The notes under the pieces are model-generated. The model saw nothing but the letters and a program-made list of their open reading frames with translations, was not told the origin of the DNA and did no database searches. Position numbers and translations under genes: made by a program. From Enoplolaimus lenunculus (taxonomy: Eukaryota), in NCBI GenBank assembly GCA_030248215.1, contig JASANG010002509.1:620001-684000 (forward strand): 64,000 bases of DNA. The letters are read 5' to 3'. Shown one piece after another: positions 1-12,644 of the stretch (position 1 is the stretch's first letter; each line of letters begins with the position of its first letter).

Positions 1-134
1 CAGCACGATCAACACAACTATTTTTATGATTCTGTGCATATTACGCAACTTGTGTTTGCATAAAGTTTAGCATGCAAAACGGTTTAAATGAACTGCGCTA
101 TTTGACAATATAAATCATATATGTTTGGTTTCAG

Positions 135-2184
135 GTAGCCCAAGTGGCCATGCAATGGTTACTGCGGCTATTTGGTTTGCTGTAATCCAATTTGCGTTAA
201 GCAGTAATGTTTTACAGAAACGTCAACGATTAAGGTAAGTTAGTTGTAATTTTTTGCTTGTATTATATATAATTTTAAAAATTAATTGTAGAAAAATCGA
301 TTATTGTGTACAGTTGAACGTTTATACTACAGCCTTCGGAAAATTCCGAGTTACCTAGAATTATTTTAACGTTATAATCAGAGTTTAATTCTGTTTTGAT
401 TCTGTTTGGGATGGAGTTAGAGAATTCTCGTTCAGTTACTTTTAAGTTTTTGTAGTGACCGTATCAAAGTTTTTTGGTTTTCAGACAGTATACCGCCTTC
501 GCTGCGTGGACTATCTATAGTGCATTCTTAGTGCTCATTAGCATATCTCGACTTGCAATCGGAGCTCATTTTATTCATCAAGTTGCATTTGGAATTGCTG
601 CAGGTGATCTCCTTTTTTCCAATTTTTAGAAAGAGAAGAATTTCCCGTCCGTTCCGAAACGAAATAGCATAACTTATTGGTTTAGCACGGATCTTAGCGT
701 AAAACGCTCGCACTAATAGTTGGCGATTGTTATTAAGGTGTTATTTTTGAAAGTGAAGGCATTGATTTCACCAAAAACTATGATGAGGTGTGTTTCACAC
801 ATTTAGTGCTATTTTGTCTTGTGTGCAAAAATAACCTTTAAACTCTAATGAACAATGCTTTAACCTGCAAAAGCTCCAAATTTATACAGTTGCATTTACG
901 CTTTTAGGCGTTTGCGTTGGTTTAGGAATAACACTGTGTTGTGATCGCTTACTGAATTGCTCTCGTTGTCTAGTAATTTTCACAGCATCTCTAGTGTCTA
1001 CGGCATTTGGAGTTCACTCGGTATTACGTTTTCTAATTCGAGCCGATCCTGATTGGTCAATAAAGCTGGCAAATGCACATTGCGAACACAAACATTGGAT
1101 ACATGTGTCTACAACGCCTTTGTATGCGTTGTCCAGAGATATTGGCGCACTTGTTGGCCTGTCTGTCTTAGCTTGGTGGAATGCCAGGGCATGTGGAGTC
1201 TTGTTTAATAAGCAACGAACAGGTTAGTTTAGTATTTGTGATGAAAAGTATGAATAATTTTGAATTTTACAGCGGAGTTCTAGCTAAACTGAGGTTGACC
1301 CCTCGAATCACGCAAGGCCTTAAGGTAGCGCTATACTTGTCGAGCGGCGCCGGAAGTCAATCAATTTTTGTTTACATTGTTATACAACTCTATGTGGCAA
1401 TTCTCTTCCTATACCATATGGCGTCGAACTATGCCGATGGCATCGAAGTAGTCCAAAGGTAGCGCTATTACGTCACCCTTAAGATCCAGCGTCGTCGATC
1501 TGAATTCAATATTTAAAAGCAAACGACAAACACAGCTGTGTAGATGTATCGTATATGTAGTTTTGGTTTGGCTTTAATCCTTCAGCGTGTTTGCATTTTT
1601 GTGGCATATGAGAACACCGTTTCGATTTTGAAGCGCATTTATTTTTAACGCTGATAAGAAATACATAGTACATAGTGGAAAGCTGTTCAAATTTTTTGCT
1701 TCAACTGCAAGTTTCTATGCCAAAACATGATTTGTATGGTTAAGCAACCAAGTTGAACATTTTAGGAGAATCAGAATCTGAAACTCTGCAAAACGGCAAC
1801 TCGACAGCGCATACTAAAGAACGATATTTGTGGTGTATATGCGTTGTACTGTGTGCAATATTTTTAAGCTTTAATCTACGCATCCTTGGAGGTGTATTGG
1901 GAACCGCAGTGCTAGGGTTTTCAATTGGATGCAGGGTCTATGTCTCAACAGTCTGTTCAAAATTTGGATTTCCTAAATATAAGCTTCAAAACATCTCCGA
2001 CAAATTATTGGCGTCTTGTGTTTCGTTAATGTCTATTTATGGTTTGCTTGCTCTTCCAATGCCTAATGGCGTTGTAGGAAATTGTTTTATATTTGTGTTG
2101 TATATTTTTATTGTTGTTGGTGTTGATAGTTTTAATTTCGTTTTTGTTAAAGGTAATTGTTCAAGGCAGCTGCATATTTCATAG
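135..2184 (+). CDS. G6PC: Glucose-6-phosphatase catalytic subunit-like (PAP2 family), 5'-partial; exons 135-234, 485-603, 908-1222, 1766-2184
   Basis: Spliced translation gives GSPSGHAM (PAP2 C2 motif), SRLAIGAHFIHQV (C3 motif with nucleophilic His) and DWSIKLANAHCEHKHWIHVSTTPLYALSRDIG, a segment typical of G6PC. Several hydrophobic helices follow. All junctions are GT..AG with consistent phases; stop TAG at 2182-2184. The 5' exons lie outside the window. Confidence 0.9.
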
Positions 2185-3151
2185 CAATTTCCAGCGTTAT
2201 TTTGATTTGCGCATAAAAATTCCTCGTGCTCGGGCAAGACACCTTTGCGGTGTCGGCCAATGTAAAGACCTGAGGCGGAACAGTATTATAAGCTTATTCG
2301 TAAACCTAAGCTTAAACATAAGCATATGAATGAGTTTATTCCTAAGCCTAAGCCGTGCAAAAAATTAGTCAAAAGCTTATGCTTATTCTATTCTAGTCCG
2401 ACAGAAAAACGTTCCGCCCTTGATCTTTGCATGGGTCGATTTTAGTATAATCTTACGTTTGTGTTCATTAATGTCGAACGCATAACGACGCTAGATCCAC
2501 AAACCAAGAATAGCGAGCAAGAAACTGGTGCAACTACTAGAAATGACCAGAAAAAAGTTTTCTAAACATGGACAGAAAATAAGTTTCTTGGCAGCGAGCG
2601 AAGATGCGTGTAGAAGCGGCAAAAGTTATCCATCACCCAGTTACCACTGTACGATGCATAACAGTGTAAAAATGAAACAAGTTTGAGTTGCCGCAGTGTC
2701 GAACCGGGCATCCAGAACCGCAGTCGAAAAATAGGATAGAAATTAGATCCTGTAGTTATAGCTTTACCGTAGTTGGAAGTCGCAGTTTCAGCGGAGCCGC
2801 ACGTCTAACCAGCAGTCAGCTTTGCGTGTGCAGCGCGTTCTTAATATTTATATCTTAGTTATTAATAAAATTAAAAAATTATTTATATTGCCATGCATGG
2901 AGCGAGTGAACTTAACAACATAGAAATTAGCCATGAATTGCAGGTTTCGATTTGGCGTGAATTGAAAGAAAAATACTGACGTTAAAGATTTAATTGTTTG
3001 TCAAAAAGTTTCTAGTTTTATGAGAATTTGATATTAAAAGCACGAAAATTTATACTACAAAAATCGCCAAAGTCTATGGCAAAAATTATGCCAATACAGG
3101 TATATTTTCTGCCGATATCATACCTGGCAGTACCATAAATATTGGTGTGTA

Positions 3152-4196
3152 CACAAAATAAATATTGTCTTTATATTCAAGAAATATTGTTTGAAATTTA
3201 AGACAATTATGTCCTAATAGAGACTCCAGACGCATATGTCTTGAATTCTTGACTTATTTAAATTTTTACAAATATAGGTCTGAAAACTTTCAGACCTAAA
3301 TGTTTGAATACTACTATGTTTCACGAACGAGTAGAAAAAAATTCTGAAATATAGGACAAATATTTAATTCTACTCCGAAATTGAAGGTTAAAGTTGCATC
3401 AAATGCCCCAAATTTTACAACCTACGACACACTCAAGCCGCAAACTTAGGTTGGCGAGCCTGAGCTCAACGCGAAATATCTTTCAAATTTGATTATTTAT
3501 ATGCAATCGTAACAATATATACAGAGCAACTTTTTACATACATAAAAATCAGAAATTTAACTCTTAAATATAAGACAACAGTGTCTTGAACGGAAGAAAT
3601 TTGTCTTTTAAATTGGCAACAGTAATTTATTGAAAGTGAGAAATGTATCCATATCAGAGCTCGTGTAAAGAACAGTAGTATAAGCATATTCCTAAGCCTA
3701 AGCGTAAAGATGAGTCTATACCAAAGCGTAAACAAAAAAGCTAGTCTAAAGCTTAAACTGACTCTATTAATACACAGCCTAGCCGGAAAACGATCCGGCC
3801 CTGTTCTATACACACACAAAAAAGTATTTCTGAATTTATTCAGAAAAGTATTTTCTGTGGCAAATCTGACAAGTTTTTCTGAGATTTAAAACATTTTTTT
3901 AAAAAATAACTGGAAAACTTTTATTTTCAGATTTTATTTCAAAAGTTTTCTGAAATCTTTTCTGTTATAACAGAAATATATATACTTTTCAAGTGCACCT
4001 TGCTAATTATATATATTTCTTAAATGTAAGAACTTTTTTCTTAAATATCAGAAATATTATTTTGAGTTCATGAGCCCATTTCAGACACGAATTTCTCAGC
4101 TGATTTAAGGATATTAATGTCTGAAATACCAGACATTTACGTCTTGAAAGTTTAAGAAAGTCGGAGTCTTGAAATTTCAAGACAATTTATTTTGTG
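3152..4196. mobile_element. Non-autonomous DNA element with CAC..GTG ends and TA flanks, carrying nested insertions
   Basis: TA|CACAAAATAAATATTGTC ... GACAATTTATTTTGTG|TA terminal inverted repeats. Contains a TTAGGC MITE remnant (~3660-3812) and a ~250-bp segment (~3813-4066) that is the reverse complement of ~59546-59791. Confidence 0.65.
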
Positions 4197-5368
4197 TATT
4201 GAGCTTGCCACGTCCGTATATTGCTGACATGCATCATTGTATAGCCGCATTACACTTAAAGATATATATTCCTACCGCGCTCCAAATGTTCAACATTAAA
4301 CGTTTCGAAACGTCGTCCTAATAAACGCACGCTCAAACTATGTTTTTTCATTTTTCAGCATAAAAGTCATTGTACAACTGAAAAATTTAGTCTGTTCATA
4401 GTTTTGTATATTTTAAATTTGCGAGTTTGACAGTGTTGTTTTTGGTGTTTACAAAAAATGAAGCTATCGAGACAGTTTTTGCTGTTCTCATTGCAAATTT
4501 TGGCTCATGTTTTAAGGGCGTCCAGGTTTGCGGTGGGTCTATACAAAAGAATAGATTTAGATTCTAGATTACATTTTTTGCTTAGGTTTAGGCATAGGCT
4601 TAGGAATTCATTTTTGCAATGCTTAGGTTTAGGCTTAGGAATACGCTTAATCTACTGTTACGACCCTTAAAGTATTACATTGGCCGAACTGTTTATAATA
4701 GTTCAGCGGTACCTTTTTTTATGAAACCCAAACTTCGCGTGAAACGTATAACAAAATAATTAAAACTGGTTTCAATTGCAAATTTACTGGTTTGAATTGC
4801 AAATCTTTATAATTTTGTGTTTAGAATCGATCCACATAAAGAAGAATAGCTAGCATAAAAACTCCCCCCCCCAAAACACCCCGAAACAAAACACAAAACA
4901 AAAAAAAAAAAAAAAAAACGGCGCGCGTTTTGTTGTACTTCTGTCAACTATTCATTATAAAATAAATTTAAACAGCACTACAAAAACACACCATATTGCA
5001 CTCTCATATAAAATAGCTCCATCACTCATCAAAAAATACTCCTCTACACCACTAAAAAAATACAAAATTACAATTTTGGTGTATAATTTTGTGTTTAGGC
5101 GCGTTTTGTTGTACTTCTGTCACAATTTTTAGGAAAGAATTGCCGAAATTTCGCCTAAAATTTAGCGTAAAATCAAACAACAACATATTTCAGATATTAG
5201 CTGAAATTTAAGTAAACCATCATTTTTGCTACCTACTTTCGCCTCACCTCCGGCTATGGCTCCGGCAAGTTTCTTTGACCTCCGGCTCCGGTATTTTTCA
5301 CCTCCGGTTACACCCTGGTGGGGAACCTTTTGCGGGGTGGCAGTGCAGTTTAACAGGGGTAAAAGAAT

Positions 5369-5932
5369 TAATGGCGGATCTGGAGTTTCCCAATGAAGAA
5401 TCCGAGGTTAGCCGTGGTTTCACTATCACCATTCCAGCGTGCTAAACCACTGTAAAGGCTCTCGAAAATGACAGTTCCAGAAGGAGTGGTGAAAGTTGGA
5501 TCTAAACGGTGATCCTTGCTCGCGGCAGTATTTTCATATTTTGTCCTTGAAGCAACTGTTTTCGGTACTCGGTTGAAAACATATTCATAATGTTCGAAAC
5601 AACGGGAGCAGTTTGATCTTAGTTTTTTGGCCTGCGTTCGTAGCTGGCGAGAAAAAATTTTTAACATCAACATCAGGCATTGACGATATTCTGTTTTTCT
5701 GTATAAAATCTGGTTCAGGGGTACAGACATTTGGGGACAATACACATAAATTGTGTGTCTTGGCAATTGGCATATAAACACGCGCAGCAGACATAAAATA
5801 AATGAAAATGACACTCGCAAGCGAGATATCACGAAGACACAATCTTAATCTTAAATCGTGATTGGAAAATGTTCGCTTTGTGAGACGCCGATTTGTGGAT
5901 CCGATCCGTTTGATCCGCTGGATCCGCCGTAG
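5369..5932. mobile_element. Probable hAT-like non-autonomous element
   Basis: Ends ATGGCGGATC ... GATCCGCCGT are inverted. Similar termini bound ~51541-51862. Confidence 0.45.
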
Positions 5933-6101
5933 AGCACAATATTGCAACTTTTAGTGCAATTCAGCAATTTGTGACATAAAAGATTACATATTAACGCAAA
6001 AACTGATGAATATTAGCTAGCTCATTTGCATTTTTGACAAGGTTATTTGCCGAACATTTGTGCAGCTAACAAGCAGCGTTGTTTCCAGTATATTAGCTGA
6101 A

Positions 6102-9100
6102 ATGTTTCCGCAAGTCTTCCGTTGGTTATGCTTTACAGTTGCTCTGTTCCGATTATCGAACTGTGAAGGTGAGACATTTTGGTACTTATTAATTGTTGCC
6201 TAACGTATTTGAGACTATTATTTTTGTAGATTGCAGAAGTACGGTTTCCGAAAAAAATTTCCAATTGTTAAAAAATTTGGCATATGTAAAGATCAGGAGC
6301 GGAACACTTTTCTGTGGGACTGTAATAGAGTAAGCCTAATTTTTTGCTTGGCTTAGGCTTAGGAATATGCTCATTCTTACGCTTAGGCCTAGGCTTAGGA
6401 ATATGCTTAGAATAATATCCCCCCTTTTTTCAAAAAAAAAAAACTGCAATAGAGTAATCTTAGCTTTTTGCTTGGCTAAGGCTTAGGCTTAGGGATGTGC
6501 TCATTCTTACGCTTAGGCCTAGGCTTAGGAATATGCTTAGAATACAGTTAATACGCACCTGTTCTTTACATTGGCCAAAAAGTTAAAGTAGCGAAAAATT
6601 GTAGTTTTATTAGTTATTTTGACTTTAAATGACACCGAGTAAATACTTGAACGAACTATGATGTTCTTCGAATACCAGTGTGAATTGGTTTTTTTTTGTT
6701 TAATTTTAGATTTCGATCTCATTGCGGTTGCTCGCATTCACAGCGCCAACGATCCGAACGAAATTATGGGATTTGTTGAATTTTTCTTGACCAATGATCG
6801 ACCGCCGAAAGTAATGTTCAACGAAACGTTGATTAATGTCGGAAATTACGGTAAGATCGAAACACTCGTTGACCAGAAATCAACTTGACAAATTGAGTTT
6901 AGATTACTGTATGATAATTTTCACTGTAGCTGTATGTTAACAGACGGTACGTATCTAGCTCTGATATTGTTCACCATTGGATGGACACTGGATTCCCAGA
7001 TGTGACACATTAGTCAATATAATTGTTCTACTACAATTACTCGGATAACATGATGATCTTAGAATTGCTGGTTGATTTACGGTTTGACGGTCGCTTTGAT
7101 CCTGAAAAATGTCCGTAAAGAGTTGCCGGATGTTTGAATATGAAAAAAATCCGACGCCTATCACTATTTACACATTTGGTGGGGCTGGTTACACCCTGGC
7201 TAGTAGGTCTCTAAGTGAAGTACATTTTAAACTTAAAGTGTTATAGTGTAAACTTTTCGGTTCAGTAATAACTTGAATTTTACAGGAGATCACGGGTTAC
7301 ATGTACACGAATTTGGCGATTTAGTAACGAACACTAATTGTATGCCGGCGCGGGGTCACTATAACCCTTTGAATCAACAACACGGCGGTCCTGCTGATAA
7401 GTTTCGCCATATTGGTGATCTCGGGAATATTGCAGGTATACAATTTGAATTTAATTTAATTATAGTTTGAATAATTTCATTCGTACACTGCAAAAAATGG
7501 TGATTCAAATTGACTCTCTTCGAAATAGGCTTTACGAGACTACACAAACTGAGTCAAATTCGACTCGGCCACGGTCAAACGTGCGATTCTATGAATCGAA
7601 CTTGACTGGGACAGAGTTGAATTTTGATTTAATTTGTGTAGTTCCGAAAAGCCTACTTCGGTAATACTACAATTTGGTTGGAAGTATTATATTGCTTCAG
7701 TTATGCATTACTGTGTTTCATGTATAACTCATATAATCTGACCGTAAAGTTTACATAGGCCTAAGACTTTTCAAACACGGGTATAGCGTTAATGTGGTCT
7801 AAGACAATTAAATTTCAAACAGGTGTTTTGTATACTTTCACCCACAGTGTCGAAATGTAGACATAACTTTTATTTTGGTTCATGTTCAGGCTCCGACTTT
7901 ACGTTCATTGAGGAACGTGTACAATTGCCAACATTTCCATCAGGTTTCAGATAAGCAAGTAAAATCGCGTTTGGCTAATTGAAACCACTGCTCTTGTGGA
8001 GTTCCATTCACTAGTATCGCCATATTGCGGCCCTTGTAGATTCCCCTTGTTGAGGGACTATCTACTGTCCGGCTGAAAACACAATCAAAGCAAAAAAATA
8101 ATCATTTTTGATTGGCTGTTTTTCAGTTACATTTGCAACGCCAGATTTCCGAGCGTCCGGTGCCGAGCGGCGATTCCCGATCACTGATCTTCCGTTGTCC
8201 GGACCGCATTCGATTATTGGACGAATGGTCGTTGTACACGCGGATCGAGACGATCTTGGACGCGAAGGACATGCGGACAGTAAAACGACAGGTCACGCCG
8301 GAGCACGAGTTGGCTGTGGTGTTATCGGGATTGCCAAAAATGGATTTAGGATAACCGAGGTGAGTATATACTAATTAGGTCGCGTTCTTACTTCTAGGGC
8401 CGTTCCGGTTAGACTGTAAATGAGCCAGGCTTAGATTTTACAATATATTTTGTGCTTAAAAGCTAAGGCTTATGTTTAATCTTTGTTCAACGCTAGTCTT
8501 ACGTTTAGGAATATTGATGTGTTTAATATACAGGAATATTGATATGCTTAATATACAGTTACGGTCCTACGACTAAGTGAGTCGAATTTGACTCTGTCGG
8601 AGTCGAATTTGACTCAGTTTGTGTAGTCCCGTAGAGCCTATTTCGGAAAGAGTCAATTTGACTCACATTTTTTTGCAGTGTACGTTTTCCTTAATCCCGT
8701 AGAGTTTTTTAGTCGTACATCAAGGATTAAACGAATAGCAAAAATATATACCGGAAACAAATTAAATTTATATGGTAGACAAATATAGGGTCACCGCGAA
8801 TCAATAATCAGTTTCATTTGCCAGTACTAATGCGGGATTCACGTTATACTGGAGCAGCCTGGAAGATGGTCTGAACTGACTACATGACCCAGGTGTTGTT
8901 TGCACCAAATATCAAGCATAACTATAATATAACTGTTTTATTATTATGTGTATTTCTTAAGAAATTATTGTAAATAAAGTAATGCTGGCAAGTTGCCCAA
9001 AATACGTATGTGGGGCGTTCCAGCTTTAATATACAAATATACTGCAGTGTTTTGCGGGAATAATACTGGTGAGTTGGTGCAACAATTTATTGCTGAAATG

Positions 9101-11671
9101 ACATCGTGTTGTGCTGAGATGAAAAGGCTTACATTACTATAAACTAAGAAACGATGATCTGATACCATTAACATTCGTCTAAGTGCATACACTGCCATCA
9201 ATGATGACAAACTTTGAATTTTTATACCAATTAATGCAACAAAACTAAATATTAGACACAGGTTTGTTTACTTTACCATTTTAACCATTTTATTGCTATT
9301 TTAACTCGTTTTATACACATATTTGGGACATTTCTGGTTGTAAAATTGATTTTAGACCGAACTGAATGACAACAGTGAGTCGAGCGGCGTTCGAAAAGTC
9401 ACCGCCAAACTCTATCAAGGGAGCGCTTCGCGATCTGGTGTATCCGGTGAAATAACGATCGAACAAGACAGCCCAGCTGCGCCTGTACGAGTACGTGGAT
9501 CGGTTTCCGGTGTCAGTGAGAGACGCGATGCTTTACATGGTTTGCATATTCATACGCTTGGCAATTTGAACGGAACCGGATGTATGGCTGCAGGTGGACA
9601 TTTTAACCCTGAAAACCAGGTAATGCACAATGGCGTTGTCAGGCGAGGTTTTAGAAGTCAAACACTTTCGGCGTGATTTTCGTTTAGGGGTTATTGGTAC
9701 TATTGCAGTTGGTAACACAAGAGCTCTGCGAAATTTTCATAAACCGTTACCCGTCTTTTCCAAAACCCTGACTTCGTTCATGGTTGCGTATATCTGACTG
9801 TGTGGCTGGTTTAGCAATGACGGACCTTGGTAATTTAAAGATGTAGGTTACGACACTGTTATTACACAATGGCTGGGTTTTTGAAATCTTACTTAAGTAT
9901 TTACTTAACGTTGTAATATATCAAATTTAGTCAGCGACTTAAGTATTTATTTAACTTAAATACGCTTTTAAAACCGACAAAATGGTTCAGTAATTATTTA
10001 GCACGTACTTAAGTACTAAGTTGTACTTAAGTAGGGTTTTGGAATCCCAGCCGTCAACTGTTCAACAAAATCTAGAGTAGAAGTTTTGGTAAGTTTGACG
10101 CCGTTGTTGCAAATAGCTATATCTTCTCAGAGTAATATGTGTATATATAAATCCATCGTTAAGCGAACATCTAGTATCTTATTCGGTTAAACAGACGTAT
10201 AACAGGGGTTAAGTTTTACAAACGCTCAGAATGAAAATACACAGGAAGGCGCAATTGAATTATAACGTGAATTCGTCAAGTTTAATTTACTTACATGCCG
10301 GTATATCGGAGCTCACAAGTTATAGTCAGAGTCATAGAATATTGATAAGCTTTAGGTCAACTACAAATACGGATTATATAAGAACTTCCCACCGCAGCTG
10401 TTCTAGAAGTTATACATACATGGCAAGGTGTAACTGTATGTCCGCTTCCGGTAAAATCGTTGTCTGTTTCAGTTATAAATATATACAAAAAATTTCGTTA
10501 TCGTTATGCTCAAAATTAGTTAGCTATAAATCAAATACGTTTAGGTATAAATTCTGCAATTTTTCATTACAGATATGCTGCAATTGTTTGATATGAAATC
10601 AAAATTACGGAATTTATTCAAAATCTTAAAAATTTCGGTGCATCCGTTATTTTTTTAAATTTGAGAAAGCCCGGTGAATATTTGAATTGCATGCATCAAT
10701 TCTATTGGCAGAAAAGTGAAACATTTTTGAAACTTATTCTTCAACATCCGTTTTACGATTTCGTATAGTTTTGATCCCTATCTGTTTCCGTTTTTACTAT
10801 CCGTTTATACCCTGATTGATGCACGGTGTTGCGTTAAGGACCATTTCTACGGTTTAGGATCACGGAAGTCGTGACTCACAAATTCGGCACATTGGTGACC
10901 TTGGTAAGTTTGCTCGAATGTTTTGGTTTAATGGTTCATATGTAATTCTGTTCCACAGTTTTATTGTTTACACTTGTAGTTTTTAAATGTGACTCAGTTT
11001 ATACTGTGTCTAGCAATTAAAATTGTATGTGAAGAATCAAAAATCGTTCGTCGAGCTTTTATGTTGTGTTTTTAGGCAAAGACAAGGCTAATTTTGTTCC
11101 ACCTTACTGTTGACTGTACACTGCAAAAAAATGGTGAGTCAGGTTGACTCTCTCTGAAATAGGCTTTTCCTGACTACACAAACTGAGTCAAAATTCGACT
11201 CCACCTGAGTCAAATTAGACTCAATTTGTCTCTGGCGGAGTCGAATTTTGACTCAGTTTGTGTAGTCAGGAAAAGCCTATTTCGGAGTGAGTCAATTTGA
11301 ATCACCATTTTTTGCAGTGTAGACATTTTTATTGTTTAACCACTTTAACAGGAAACATACAAGTCAACGAATTAGGCGAAGGAAGATTTGATTTCACAAT
11401 GGAGAACCCTGAAGCGTTGCCTTTAACCGGACCAAATTCAATCGTCGGAAGAATGATTGTATTGCATGCAGGCGAAGATGATTTAGGCAAAGGTTCAGCG
11501 CCAGATAGTTCTACAACCGGTGCCGCAGGGTCTCGACTTGCATGCGGAGTGCTGGGAATTGCGTCCGATTTTAGTCCGGGCGGCGTGAGACCGACCAATA
11601 CTGCCAGCTCTTATACTGGAAATATGATAATTTTGATTGGTTCGATCTTCTTGATTCTCATGGCTTTATAA
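6102..11671 (+). CDS. Secreted, probably GPI-anchored tandem double-domain Cu/Zn superoxide dismutase, 406 aa; exons 6102-6168, 6710-6850, 7286-7435, 8127-8359, 9356-9619, 10858-10903, 11352-11671
   Basis: Signal peptide [21 protein letters not shown]. Domain 1: [43 protein letters not shown]. Domain 2: [44 protein letters not shown]-terminus [28 protein letters not shown]. Seven exons total 1221 nt with matching phases and GT..AG junctions. Confidence 0.93.
9871..10052. mobile_element. GGCTGGG-ended MITE with ACTTAAGT-rich interior (Harbinger/ISL2EU-like; superfamily uncertain); further copies 29499-29736 and 37110-37466
   Basis: Inverted ends GGCTGGG..CCCAGCC and similar interiors in three copies. 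The 29499 copy is flanked by ATT/ATT. Confidence 0.65.
11119..11319. mobile_element. Palindromic MITE with TA|CACTGCAAAAAA termini; copies also at ~7486-7665 (right end lost), ~8575-8680 (right half only) and 51667-51836
   Basis: Near-perfect foldback CACTGCAAAAAATGGTGAGTCA ... ACCATTTTTTGCAGTG flanked by TA on both sides. Four related copies in the window. Confidence 0.85.
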
Positions 11672-11891
11672 TGAAGCGAACGGCGTATTACACGCTTGTT
11701 TCTGATATGGTGGTGAATGTTATTGCTGAGTTATTGTTAACGATAATATTTGAAGCACGAAAAACTTCAATCAATGCGTTATTTGCAATAATTTGAATGG
11801 TTTACATTTGTCGTTGGACCAACTGCCAGCACAATATACCCTAGTATTGTTTAACTGTTTTTAAAAATTTGAAACTCTTATATATGGCCAA

Positions 11892-12222
11892 CAGGGTACA
11901 ACCGAGATCCGCGTCCGGCTCCGGTAAAAGTCTTGCCGGAGGTTCCGGCAATTTCGGTAGTAAAATTTTGCATAATTTTGCAAAATTCGTCTGTTTAGCG
12001 CGTTTTGTTTCACTGTTTTGTTACCGTTTTCAGGAAAGAATTTCCGAAATTTCGCACAAAATTAGCATAAAACCAAACAACTTAACAACATATTGCAGAT
12101 ACTGACTAGAATTAACTAATGAACCATCATTTTTACTACCTACTTAATTTCGCCTCACATCCGGCTCCGGCAAGTTTCGTTGACCTCCGGCTCTGGTATT
12201 TTCCACTTCCGGTTGCACCCTG
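11892..12222. mobile_element. hAT-like MITE (CAGGGT.CAACCG TIR, 8-bp TSD); relatives at ~5100-5317, ~15895-16217, ~21733-21880, 25588-26009, ~38296-38600
   Basis: TIR CAGGGTACAACCG / CGGTTGCACCCTG with TSD ATGGCCAA/ATGGACAA. The 25588 copy has TSD CTTCGGTC/CTTCGGTA. Confidence 0.8.
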
Positions 12223-12644
12223 ATGGACAACAACTCGTTCAACTAAACAGTAATCAGTTAATTTTCTTATGTTTTTGTGAAGGGAATAAATCGACAAAAT
12301 GTTTGTGAGCAATTGCATCAAGCGAAAATTCTTTTGGCTTGCAGAATTTTGGCAGGTGCTGAGAAATCTATGAAAGTGGCATTTGGTTCTATTTTTCAGA
12401 ATTACAGCAGTTACGGTTCCCCTCTCACCCCATTGAAAATTTTTAAAATTGTTTACACTTCTAAAATACAGACTTAATAGTGCACGAGGTCCGGACGGAA
12501 TGAGAGAATTATCAATAATTATGTTAAATTATCTGTTGGAAGAATGAGTTTTATGCTCTGCTTCAATGGGACGCATACGAACTGCATTTTACAGGAATCT
12601 TTCAGCACCTGTAACAGAATTCTCAATACGGCTATAGCTTCGTC

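Noticed and set aside
2685..2825. Minus-strand tRNA-like sequence (GGTTAGAC .. GGTTCGACAC)
   Set aside because: The boxes are too far apart and no cloverleaf could be built. At most it is a decayed SINE.
5368..5947. Overlapping 154-aa and 120-aa minus-strand ORFs
   Set aside because: They have non-ATG starts and no recognisable motifs, and lie inside a probable non-autonomous element.
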